Position numbers and translations under genes: made by a program
The notes under the pieces: generated by a model
What the model was told of the DNA's origin: nothing
What the model saw: only the letters and a program-made list of their open reading frames with translations
Database searches by the model: none
Source of the DNA: Macrostomum lignano
Taxonomy: Eukaryota
Length of the DNA stretch: 64,000 nt
Assembly (NCBI GenBank): GCA_002269645.1
Contig: NIVC01001587.1
Span: 200,716 to 264,715 of the forward strand
Reading direction: 5' to 3'
Shown: positions 37,087 through 46,755 of the stretch, piece after piece
How the letters are laid out: every line of letters begins with the position of its first letter
Numbering within the stretch: the stretch's first letter is position 1

Positions 37087-40000
37087 TCAGGGTGGTCCGC
37101 CGGTCCGTCCTGCAGCGTGATCTTCCGTTGGGAAGAAACTGGCTCGTCTAGTCGCCCGAAGGAACTGGATGAGCCGTGGGATGCTGTCGGGCTGGCAAAC
37201 CTCGTCAATGGACGGGTTCGGCCCGAGGTAGCGTAGCCGGTCTCTGTTAAAGAAAGGGCAGTGACAGACAAAGTGCTGAGCATCTTCATTGTCGCACTCG
37301 CAAAAGGGGCAAATTTCGCTCTCGAGGTCGCCTCGGAGGAAGCAGTGCCTGGCGAGGTAGCCATGGCCGGTAAGGGTCATGACAAGGGCTCGAATATCCT
37401 TCCGATTCTGGTTCAGAAGGATGTTTCTGAGCCTGTGAGACGGGCAAGGAACCGCGGCACGAGATTGCCGGCAGTTTTGGGTGCCCGCCCATCTGTCCCT
37501 GTGGAGGGAGTCAGCCCAGTCGTCGATCTGACGATTGATGACTGTCAAGGGCATAGGGACCAGGGGGGCAGGGCCGAAAAAAGAGCCAGAGCCGCCCCTC
37601 TTGGCGAGGGTGTCTGCCAGCTCGTTCCCCGGAAACCCTGCGTGCCCTGGGATCCACTTCAGCCTGACAGTATTGCTTCTGGCCAGGAGGTTGAGCTGCC
37701 GGGCGCAGTCGGCGACTGTCCGGGAGTTCGTTGTGGTGTGGCAAAGGGCCTGTAAGGCCGCTTGGCTGTCGGAGTGGATGACAATAGTCTTTCCTCTCGT
37801 AACCTTGGCGTTTAGCTCTGCAGCGCAAGAGCTGATGGCAAGGACTTCGTTCTGGAAGACTGTGGAGAGTCTACCAGTGTGCTGGGCATGCGTGGCAATT
37901 ACGCGGCCGTTGATGATGATGCAGACCCCAAAGCCGGCGCGACCGTCTTTGATGGATCCGTCCGTGTAGCAATGGACCTCCTGGAAATTCCAGTGGTCAT
38001 TGGCAGCATCCCTAGAGGGGATGGTGACCTTGTAGCGCTGAAAGAGGTTGAGAGTGCGGGGTTCGCCGTCAGATAGGACGTGGAGCCCGCCGCTGTCTCT
38101 CAAGTCCTTGAGGCAGAGGTCAGCGTGGGGCAGAAGCTTGCGCTTAGCCATGGCCCTATGGGGCTGGATTCGAATGCCAGCGTCAGCTAGACGGCGGGCA
38201 GTCTTAGCCGCTTCCCTGCGGACAAAGATGTCCAGCGGAGGAATGTTGAGGAAGGCGTTGAGGCCATCGTAAGGAGCAGACGGAGGGGCGCTCATGATCG
38301 TGCGACAAGCGCGCCCTTGCGCTCTCCTGAGAGCCTCTAGACAGGTCTTTATCTGCAGGGCGCTAGCCCAGATCAGGCCGCCATACGAGATAGCGGGCCT
38401 AACCATTGCAGTGTAGATCCACCAGAGGCGCTTGGGGGTGAGCCCCCAGGTGGTGCCGACGGCCCTGCGCAATTGCGCGAGGACTGCGAAGGCCTTTTTG
38501 GCTTTTGTTTGAACGTGGGGAGACCAGTTCAGCCTGTGGTCCAGGGTAATACCCAGACATTTAGTCTGCTTGCAGAAGGGGATTTCCCTTCCGTAAAGCG
38601 TGAGCGGCCGAATCTGCCACTTGGTCCTGCTGGTGAACATGATCGCTGCGGTCTTAGTCTCAGAGAGCCTTAAACCACAGCGGTCCGCCCATTGCTCAGC
38701 AGCGTAGATGAAGTTCTGAAGAAGGTCCCTGAGGGTATCAGGGGACGGACCAGATGCCACCGCGGTGACATCGTCCGCATATCCAACTTTCAGAATGGGG
38801 TCAGGCCGAACATCCCGGAGGAGCTCATCGATGACCATATTCCAGAGAACTGGAGACAGCACCCCACCTTGCGGGCTACCTTTGCAGACGGGGACCGTCC
38901 TCTGGTAGCCCAGCAGACTGGCGGTGGCCGTGCGATGGCTGATCATGTACATGATCCATCTGGTGAGATGTGAGTGCGTTAGCCTCTCACAAAGAGCTCT
39001 TCGGAACGCCTCAAAGAGGACGTTATCGAAGGCGCCAATGATGTCCAGGAAGATCCCCAGAGCAAAGCCACTACCAAGCACGGCCTTCTCGAGTTTATCG
39101 ACCAGGACGTGCAGCGCGCTTTCAGTGGAGCGACCCGCCCGAAAAGCGTGCTGGTTCTCGCTGAGAGGTTTGTTCTTCAGCTCAACAGAGAGAAGGCGCC
39201 AAAGCACCAGTCTCTCCATCAGCTTGACCAGGGAGGAGGTCAAGCTGATCGGTCTGAAGGATTTGATAGAATGGTAGTCCGGGCGGCCTGGCTTAGGGAT
39301 AAAGATCACCTTTGCCTCGGTCCATGCCTGCGGGACATAACCAAGCGTGATGCATGCCCGAAGAAGGCTGCAAAGTTTGCGCAGGAAGCCTGGGCATTTA
39401 ACCGCCTCTCTTAGAAGGGCCGGTACAATGCCGTCGGGTCCTGGGGCTTTGAAAGGCTTGAAGGAATTTGCCGCTCTCACAATGCGGTCCTCCGTGATGA
39501 TAGATGCAGCCAGCGCGTGACCTCCCTCCGAGTGATCCGGAGTGGTCTGGTTAGCTGGCTCGTTAGGGAAAAACGCAGTGAGCATTACATCAAGCGTTTC
39601 CCCTGGGTTGTCCGTGGACGTACCGTCGGTGCGTTTGACCGAGGAGAGCTTAGACATTTTGTCCAGCGTGAGCGCTTTCACAACTCTGGAGGTGGGGCGT
39701 GAGCCCTCTAGCTCCTCACAGTATTGTCGCCATTTTTGAGCCTTTGCATTCCTAACCTGCCTTTTAAACTCATGAATTGCTTCATGATAGGCGGTTTGGT
39801 CTGCAGGGCTCTTAGTTTTAGTTGCTCTGCGGTGGAGTCTCTTAGCCCTGCGACGGAGGTTGCCGAGCTCGGGATTCCACCACGGCGCCGATTTTTTCCC
39901 TTTATAGGCTTTTAAAGGGCAGGACGCCTCAAAGGCGGCGGTTAGCGTCTCTGTCAAAACAGTCGCGCACTCATCCGCCTCTCGGCACGACGTGATCGTG

Positions 40001-40791
40001 AATGGTTGGCCAGGAGACCGATGGAATTCCTTCAGGGCGAGCCCGAAGGTTTCCCAATCAGTATTTCTGGCGTTCCGTCTCCACATAACACGAGTTGCGC
40101 TACGCGCGGCCATTAGGTTGAAGGAGATGAACTTGTGATCCGATAGTGAGGACACTGGAAGCACCCGCCACGCCCCAATACTCTGGTAGAGTCTGGGCGT
40201 TGCGAGCGTAGCGTCGATCACCTCCGACCACCGTCCGTTGTCAAAGGTAGGGGTGGACCCAGAGTTGCAGAACTCGAGGGTCGTAGAGGCAACGTAGGCT
40301 AGGAGGTCTTCGCCTCTCTGATTAATGCCAGTGCTGCCCCAGTGAGTGTGGTGGGCGTTGATGTCGCCGGCAACCATGAGCTCGTAGTTTTTGGCAGAGC
40401 AGAGCTCTACCAGCGTAGCGAGGGCTCTGGGGACGACCGCAGCATCGCCTGGTAGGTAAACCGAGGCAATGAGGGTGGTCTTCCCAGGAAGAAGGTCCTC
40501 GGATTGGATGACGCAGATGTCCCTGTTGGACAGGTCCGATCTGAGCCACGCACTGAGCGTTTTGCTCGCAAAGATGCAAGCTCTGGGAGGCTGGTTGGCC
40601 TCGCGAGGGTAAGTATAAAAACAATTGTAGCCAGCAGGGGCGTTTTGAGGCTTACCTCTGAGAGTCCAGGGTTCCTGGACGAGGATGAGCCCCGGCTTGT
40701 CGAGCTCGGCGTAACGCATAAGGTTGACCGAGGCTGCGACGCAGTGCTGCAGATTAATCTGCAGGCAATGGATTCCCTGGTTGCTGATCAT
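37087..40791 (-). CDS. Retrotransposon ORF2: apurinic endonuclease, reverse transcriptase, RNase H, C-terminal CCHC finger
   Basis: Uninterrupted, about 1234 aa from the ATG at 40791. APE: LVQEPW, SVYLP, GDINAHH, SDH. RT: KAPGPDG, FRPISL, QHAFR, FLDIIGAFD, GSPQGGVLSP, YADD. RNase H: YTDGS, EVLAI, SDSQAAL, WIPGH, GNELAD. Finger: CPFC...HFVCHC. Confidence 0.97.
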   Translation of the reverse strand: MISNQGIHCLQINLQHCVAASVNLMRYAELDKPGLILVQEPWTLRGKPQNAPAGYNCFYTYPREANQPPRACIFASKTLSAWLRSDLSNRDICVIQSEDLLPGKTTLIASVYLPGDAAVVPRALATLVELCSAKNYELMVAGDINAHHTHWGSTGINQRGEDLLAYVASTTLEFCNSGSTPTFDNGRWSEVIDATLATPRLYQSIGAWRVLPVSSLSDHKFISFNLMAARSATRVMWRRNARNTDWETFGLALKEFHRSPGQPFTITSCREADECATVLTETLTAAFEASCPLKAYKGKKSAPWWNPELGNLRRRAKRLHRRATKTKSPADQTAYHEAIHEFKRQVRNAKAQKWRQYCEELEGSRPTSRVVKALTLDKMSKLSSVKRTDGTSTDNPGETLDVMLTAFFPNEPANQTTPDHSEGGHALAASIITEDRIVRAANSFKPFKAPGPDGIVPALLREAVKCPGFLRKLCSLLRACITLGYVPQAWTEAKVIFIPKPGRPDYHSIKSFRPISLTSSLVKLMERLVLWRLLSVELKNKPLSENQHAFRAGRSTESALHVLVDKLEKAVLGSGFALGIFLDIIGAFDNVLFEAFRRALCERLTHSHLTRWIMYMISHRTATASLLGYQRTVPVCKGSPQGGVLSPVLWNMVIDELLRDVRPDPILKVGYADDVTAVASGPSPDTLRDLLQNFIYAAEQWADRCGLRLSETKTAAIMFTSRTKWQIRPLTLYGREIPFCKQTKCLGITLDHRLNWSPHVQTKAKKAFAVLAQLRRAVGTTWGLTPKRLWWIYTAMVRPAISYGGLIWASALQIKTCLEALRRAQGRACRTIMSAPPSAPYDGLNAFLNIPPLDIFVRREAAKTARRLADAGIRIQPHRAMAKRKLLPHADLCLKDLRDSGGLHVLSDGEPRTLNLFQRYKVTIPSRDAANDHWNFQEVHCYTDGSIKDGRAGFGVCIIINGRVIATHAQHTGRLSTVFQNEVLAISSCAAELNAKVTRGKTIVIHSDSQAALQALCHTTTNSRTVADCARQLNLLARSNTVRLKWIPGHAGFPGNELADTLAKRGGSGSFFGPAPLVPMPLTVINRQIDDWADSLHRDRWAGTQNCRQSRAAVPCPSHRLRNILLNQNRKDIRALVMTLTGHGYLARHCFLRGDLESEICPFCECDNEDAQHFVCHCPFFNRDRLRYLGPNPSIDEVCQPDSIPRLIQFLRATRRASFFPTEDHAAGRTGGPP

Positions 40792-40793
40792 TA

Positions 40794-42259
40794 TCACGCA
40801 GTTGGGGAATCGTTGAGCAGGTCATCCTCCTCCTTTTCAGTGGTGGGTGACCCGCAGACCTCCATGGGAGTTTCAGCGTCCTCAGCAGTTAGGGTGGCTG
40901 TGGAGTCCTCCGCGGACGTGAGCCCAGCGTGGACGTTACCGTCGCCTCTCCTGCGTGCTTCGGTGCTGTCACTGCCCGTCCCCTCTGCCTCGTCGGTCAG
41001 GTCGATGCGGGTGGCGCCAGCCTCCTGGTGAGTCACAGACTCGAACCAGTCGGTCGGAGCCTCCCCGCTTAGAGTCTGGCCTTCTGGCTGTTGGGGTGGA
41101 GCGCGAGAAGCGCGGGCCCGCTCACGATGCGCACGAAGGTTCTTGGCCTGGTCCAGCGCGCGCTGGATCAGGCCGGACCTCCGGGTGCTCCTGGCGGGTC
41201 TGCGATTGCGATTTCCGGTTTCAGCAGCGCGAACTGCCTTACCGGGCATAGGATCGGCCGTTTGCCTCGGCTTCTTTGCCGGAGGAGCCTGGGCCCCAGT
41301 TCCGGTTTCGGAAGCTTTGGCATTCTTGGCTTCATCAGCTTTCCGCTCCTCGCAACGGAGGATGGTCAGCTGAGTCAGACCAATATGAATTGTGGACTTA
41401 GGCGGCAAGCGCTTAGCCCAGTCATCAGAGAGCCCTAGGATCACCGTAGCCCCCTTCTCCTTGCGGGAAGTGGCGTGGTGTAGGAGCCCGTTGACCTTAA
41501 GGTCGGGGTGCAGCTTTAGCAATATTTGCCTAAGCTGATCTCCGGACTTAATGGCACTGCCGGCCGGGATCCAGACGCGAAAGCGCTGGGTCTTCTGTCG
41601 TTCGCCCTCGCTGGCGAAGACGAGCTTGCCGAGCTTCTTGGGCCAGTTCAGCTTTGGCAGAAGCTCGCGTAGATTGCGGCTGCTCTCCTCCGAGCTGCAC
41701 CAGATGAAGATGCAGCCGTCGGTCTTGGCAGACTTGACCACGCTCACAGGGCGGCCCGCCAGGAGCTGGTCGATGAGCGCAGCATCGATGGTGCGCCAGG
41801 CACTGTCGAGCTCGTCGGCCGTGAGGTCCTGCTCTTCCCCGAAGACGATGACCGCCGGTTGGAGCTTGACCTTTGAGGCGTAGTTGGTGGCGGCGGTTCC
41901 CGAAGGCCCGGCCGCGCTTGTAGCAGGTATACTGGGTGGCTCACCAGCGGGGGTTGTATCCTGGGGGCAGGGGTTGCTGTGGTTCCTTTCGGCCCAACAG
42001 CAGCCTCGCCCTCCCTAGGTTCCCCTTCCGCCGGTGGCCGGCCCGCAGTACCCCGTAGTCGCCGTCGCCGCTCGTTGCGGCGTTGGTTGCGGGTGCGTCG
42101 GGCTTCAGCGGAGGGCCCGGTTGCGCGTGCGGGCATGTCACCAGCCGAGCCGGCGGCAAGCCCATCTGCCCCCGGTGGGGCGGCGCTGGTGCCAGAGTCA
42201 CCGGCCGGAGTTGCCGGGGCCCCGGCTTCAGCGGGGGTTAAAGAGGCGGATGACGCCAT
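40794..42259 (-). CDS. Retrotransposon ORF1 (DUF4780-like central region by resemblance), with one frameshift near 41963-41967
   Basis: ATG at 42259 opens an Arg-rich N-terminus. The frame of track ORF 40794-41747 stays open upstream (NYASKVKLQPAVIVFG...WRTIDAALIDQLL). One extra G in the G5 run at 41963-41967 would fuse the two frames. Confidence 0.75.
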
Positions 42260-42480
42260 AGCTGAAAGCGGGAAGGAGTGAGCTGAGTCACAAAAGAAAG
42301 AGGAAAGAAGAAAAAGAAAAGGACCGCTAGCGACCGGACAACCCCCCGGCCTTCCAGCCCATCGGCACGGTCAAACACCTTAGGCATTAGGGGGTACGTT
42401 AAGCAGTACCACGGCCTGCAGGCTGGCAAGCCAGACCCGCATACCCAAATTCGGCCGAAGCCACTGGATGGGTCGCCAGC

Positions 42481-42732
42481 GTCGGAGCCCAGTCTGTCCA
42501 GCAGCCCTAGGGTCTGCCTTGAACACACGCGGGGACGAGTACCCTGGGTCGACTTGTGAAACAGCGTGAGGGGGGGGGGTCTGCGGCTGCCAGTGGCAAA
42601 TAGCGGGTGCAGACCTCCCTCTCCAGCCTTGACCTGCTGAATATAGGGGCAGGCGTGAAGCATCGCAGACCGTAGCCCTTAGGCCTGGTCTGTCTCATAC
42701 TTCACTGGCGTGCTGAATACACCTTCGCGTGC
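42481..42732 (-). ncRNA. Putative HDV-like self-cleaving ribozyme at the retrotransposon 5' terminus
   Basis: Hand-folded nested double pseudoknot: P1 GCACGCG/CGCGUGU, P2 GUCGACCCA/UGGG(C)UC(C)GAC, P3 GGG/CCC, L3 UACUCGU, P1.1 AC/GU, P4 hairpin, J4/2 CAGAC. G1 abuts the TSD. Confidence 0.85.
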
Positions 42733-43252
42733 TTAATCGTTAGCTTCATCCGCAAGCGCGTTAACGGCGTTGTTCGAGCTACTTGTATTCGAGATTATTT
42801 GATATTTGACTATTGCAATAAACTACTCGTAATTTCTTTATTTGATTCATATTCCAAGGAACTCATGAGCTACGCGCATTCATCTGATTCACTGAGAATT
42901 TGCGTGAAGCCTTAATTGTTTTAATTTTTGTTTGTTCTGTAAATTGCCCACCGACCATAAGTTAATGATGCGGATTTGCTGCCCAAGCCTTGTTTTTATA
43001 GCACAGTATATATGGCAGTATTTTCATCATGAATTTACGTTAACTCACTTCTATTTTTTACCTTAGCTAGTCAGTGTTTATTTATGTAAACATTACAAGT
43101 TTGCTTCCTTTTTATAGTTACGTTTCGCACTTCGTTTTTGTCTATTTATTGCTTGCCATATTAAAAAAAATGCATTGAAATTCCTCTGAAACTATAAAAT
43201 TTTGCTTTTTAAAGGCTGGCAATGCTTCAATAAAATTATTTAAAATTCATCA

Positions 43253-43380
<128 letters not shown>

Positions 43381-46374
43381 AATATGAATTTCGGGATTCT
43401 GATAAATTTTTACCTCAGTGCTAATGCAGTGTTCAACCAAAAGCAGCTGCATGTTTTCATCAGTTCAGCTCGAAATCAAATTACCCTTCCGATGCTTAAA
43501 AGAATCGTGAGCTTTGAGAATCGACTGAAACAGTTTTCCCCAGTGACCGGAGTTCGTTGTTTTCCAAGGCCTTTATTACATTATTCAGAAGTAGTGCGCA
43601 TGCACAGCAAAAAAATTCTATAATAGCTAGGAACGGGATATTTGCAAGTCTGATTAATCCCTTGAATTCCGCTGCCAAGCGCTGCTCCCCTACTAAACAA
43701 GTTAGGATCGTATTTAAACTATTATTTTGTTCCAAATGATCCCACATACGAGAGCTACTTTTTGGACGCATGATCTTACACATACATTCCGCATATTACT
43801 CTATGCATGTTTGAAGCCAAGCCGGGAAGTCAGACATCGAGGCCGTTCAACAGCACAACAACTCGTCGTTTTGTCATTTCGTCGTTCGTATTATTTTTAG
43901 CCAAAATTATGACATTATGTTAAGCTTCTTAACTATACATTCTGCCTTTTATTGCATGAACGAACGTGTCTCTGGAGTTTATAACTACGACAACTAAGGT
44001 TGTTGCTATATGTACAAAAGATCGATAATATAGTACACATGGACAAACTGGAGTTGTACAGATGGAGCCTCTTCATATCGCCGGTTCGAAAAACGGAACC
44101 GGTTCCGAACCGGTTCGACGCTCTTCATATCGATGGTTCGAAAAACAGAATCAGTTCCGGAACATGGTTCTGGTTCTAGAATATGGTTCGAGAAATTTTC
44201 TCGATCCGTTGTCATGTTTACACTTTAACAGTAAAATATATTTGAAATCGTCAATTTTTATTATTGTTATATAATTATTCCTTCTTTGTCATATCCAAGA
44301 GGAAACAAAGTAAAAAAAACGACAAAATTAAATTGTAAAGACTGTCAAACATAAAATGGGTTCGAAGCTCCTCATTTCACACTGGTTCTGGTTCTAGAAC
44401 TCGAATTTATTCTGGTTCTAGAACCGATTGCCATGAAGAGGCTCATGGTAATATACATGTACATGTACACGTGTTGCCACGCACCATGTTCAGCTTAAAT
44501 CAATGGCTATTATTTTATATAAAATCGCGGATTGCTTATTTTGGGGGTATTCCATCTGGTCGACAGCCCCCGCTGGAGATGTGTGCCCTCACAATTGAAC
44601 CATAGACAAAATTTTATGCAGAAATTTCTCAAAACATCTTAGAATTCTCATTAAGTTTTAAATCGATCTTTTGTCGCAGGCCATAGACAATGTTTTAGTA
44701 TGAATTTTCATTATTATTTTCTCAACAGTCAGCAAGTGAAAGAATTTGTAAAAAGGAGAGAAGCGAGTGTGACAAAATTAGCCTAACTGCTTTACCGCAG
44801 ATTTGTGCTATTCAGTTTGCTATGGCTGCTGCTGAGGAAGACTTCGACTTCTCTGATTTCTTCAACTTATTTAAGAATCCACCTGCTGCTGATGCGGTGC
44901 ATCCATCTTTACCTTCAATAAAGCCGTGTGGGTGAGTTGCTTGATTCGACCGACTTGGATCGCAGGATGTCCGAGAGTCTGCCGAATTCTACGCGCGCGA
45001 AGTAAAAGTGGGAAGTCAAAGTGTTTAGAACATGGAAGGAAAATCGCTACGAACTGCAGCTTAGAGAAGTGAATGGCTTGATAGTGCTATAGTCTTAAAA
45101 TTTTTAAATTCGAAAATTCAAGTTCAAATTCAAATTTGGCGCGACTTCAAAAGAAAAAGAATTGTATTTTCAAACTTTTTGAACGAACCAAACAATCTAA
45201 CTCACACTGCTGCACTAAAAAACTCTGCACAAAAATGAACTGCAACTGAGTAAACTGTCACAGTGTTTTAATCATGAGCGATTTTCATTGTGATCCATTG
45301 CAATTTGCAACCTAAAATAATAATGTAATGTGCCTGCAAGCAGTAATGTCACATCAGTAATCAGTATTGTCCTATGCCCTCATCCCTATGCTATGGCTAT
45401 CTTAATCTATTATTAGTTATCATTAAATAGTTTATATTGATATTTAACTAAATATAAAACAAATTAACTATTATGTTTTTTTTAGTTTTTAAAAATCTTA
45501 AAAAGGCTATTTTTCTAATATTTAAGCTTAGAAATTTCTTTTAAAAGATATTTCTCAATAGGCCTACTCAAATAGTTTAGATAAGTCAGTCAATTAAATA
45601 GTTAATAGGGCCTAAGATTACATTGCCCATTTAATGATACCTTTAAATTTAAATAAGTTGTGTTATATTATATATTATCCACATAAACAATTATGTTAAA
45701 AATAAGAATTTTTTTTACTTTAACAAAATGGTTTATTTATCTATCAATTTGCACTACAAAAAGGTCTTTAACCTAATATGCTTAATACATAAATCATAAT
45801 TGAGCTGTTAAGACCTTCATTAATGTATATTTTTATGTGTTTAGTATAATAAAGTATAATAATATAAACTATGAATATAATTTATTGTTAATCTTATTAG
45901 CATTTTCAAATGTTTAATTACTGTATATTCTATGTTTCAATATAGTTTTTTTAGATTAAAACACAAAATAGTGCATAGTTAACATATAGATAGCATAGAT
46001 TTACTCCTCAAAAAATATTTTGATGTATACTATGCAATTTTCCTGACTATTTTTATTTATTGTTTGACTTGTAATAGTATATAAAATATATTATAATTCT
46101 ATAGTCTAATAATAGCCAATTACAAACTTCTCAAGCTTAACTTAACTATTTGATTTTTTGTTAACTACTTAAGCTTAGCTCAAATAGAAAATCTAGGCTT
46201 ATTGGGACTCTACTTCTAGGTATGCAGAAGTAGCAATTAGTTAGTATTAGATCTAGTCACTATATTATAATCAACAAATGCCAATGAATCCCAATGCCAA
46301 GAAACTCCAAATTCAAAATTGAAAACCAACCAATAATACATTTTGATCCTCTAAGGTAAATCTCCTTTTAAACC

Positions 46375-46545
46375 ATCCCACAGAATCTTTCCTTAATCCA
46401 TCCCAGAGTATCTTCCCTTAATCTATCCTAAATAATCTCCCTTTAATCTATCCCAGATAATCTCCCCTCAATCCATCCCAGATAATCTCGCCTTAATCCA
46501 TTCCAGATAATTTCCCCTAATCCATCCCAGAGAATCTCTCCTTAA
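46375..46545 (+). repeat. Degenerate ~25-bp repeat (AATCTCCCCTTAATCCATCCCAGAG), also present at about 50750-50935
   Basis: Same unit in two separate short arrays. Confidence 0.8.
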
Positions 46546-46755
46546 TACAAGTTCCATGAATTAAGGAATTTATAACTTTTAAAGGTAAAATTTCCTTTTT
46601 TCAATCGTCATTGATTGAAGCAAAATAATTAAGCATTTAATAATGCATCCATCTAACTAATAAGTAATTGTAAAAAGTCAAATTTTCTAGTTCTATTGTT
46701 TCAACTACCCACAGCTTCCAGTATTAGATTAGACCCAAACCACTACAATAAAGCA

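Larger units (their letters stand above)
36978..42732 (-). mobile_element. Full-length non-LTR retrotransposon (APE-RT-RNase H; I-group, Loa/Lian-like by inference)
   Basis: Perfect 14-bp TSD TTAATCGTTAGCTT at 36964-36977 and 42733-42746. 3' tail of two TAAGTCAAG units (36975-36992 on +). Two ORFs. Confidence 0.95.

Noticed and set aside
37261-42281. Plus-strand ORFs overlapping the retrotransposon, and minus-strand ORFs overlapping the protocadherin and other genes
   Set aside because: Antisense shadows of GC-rich coding sequence with no recognisable motifs.
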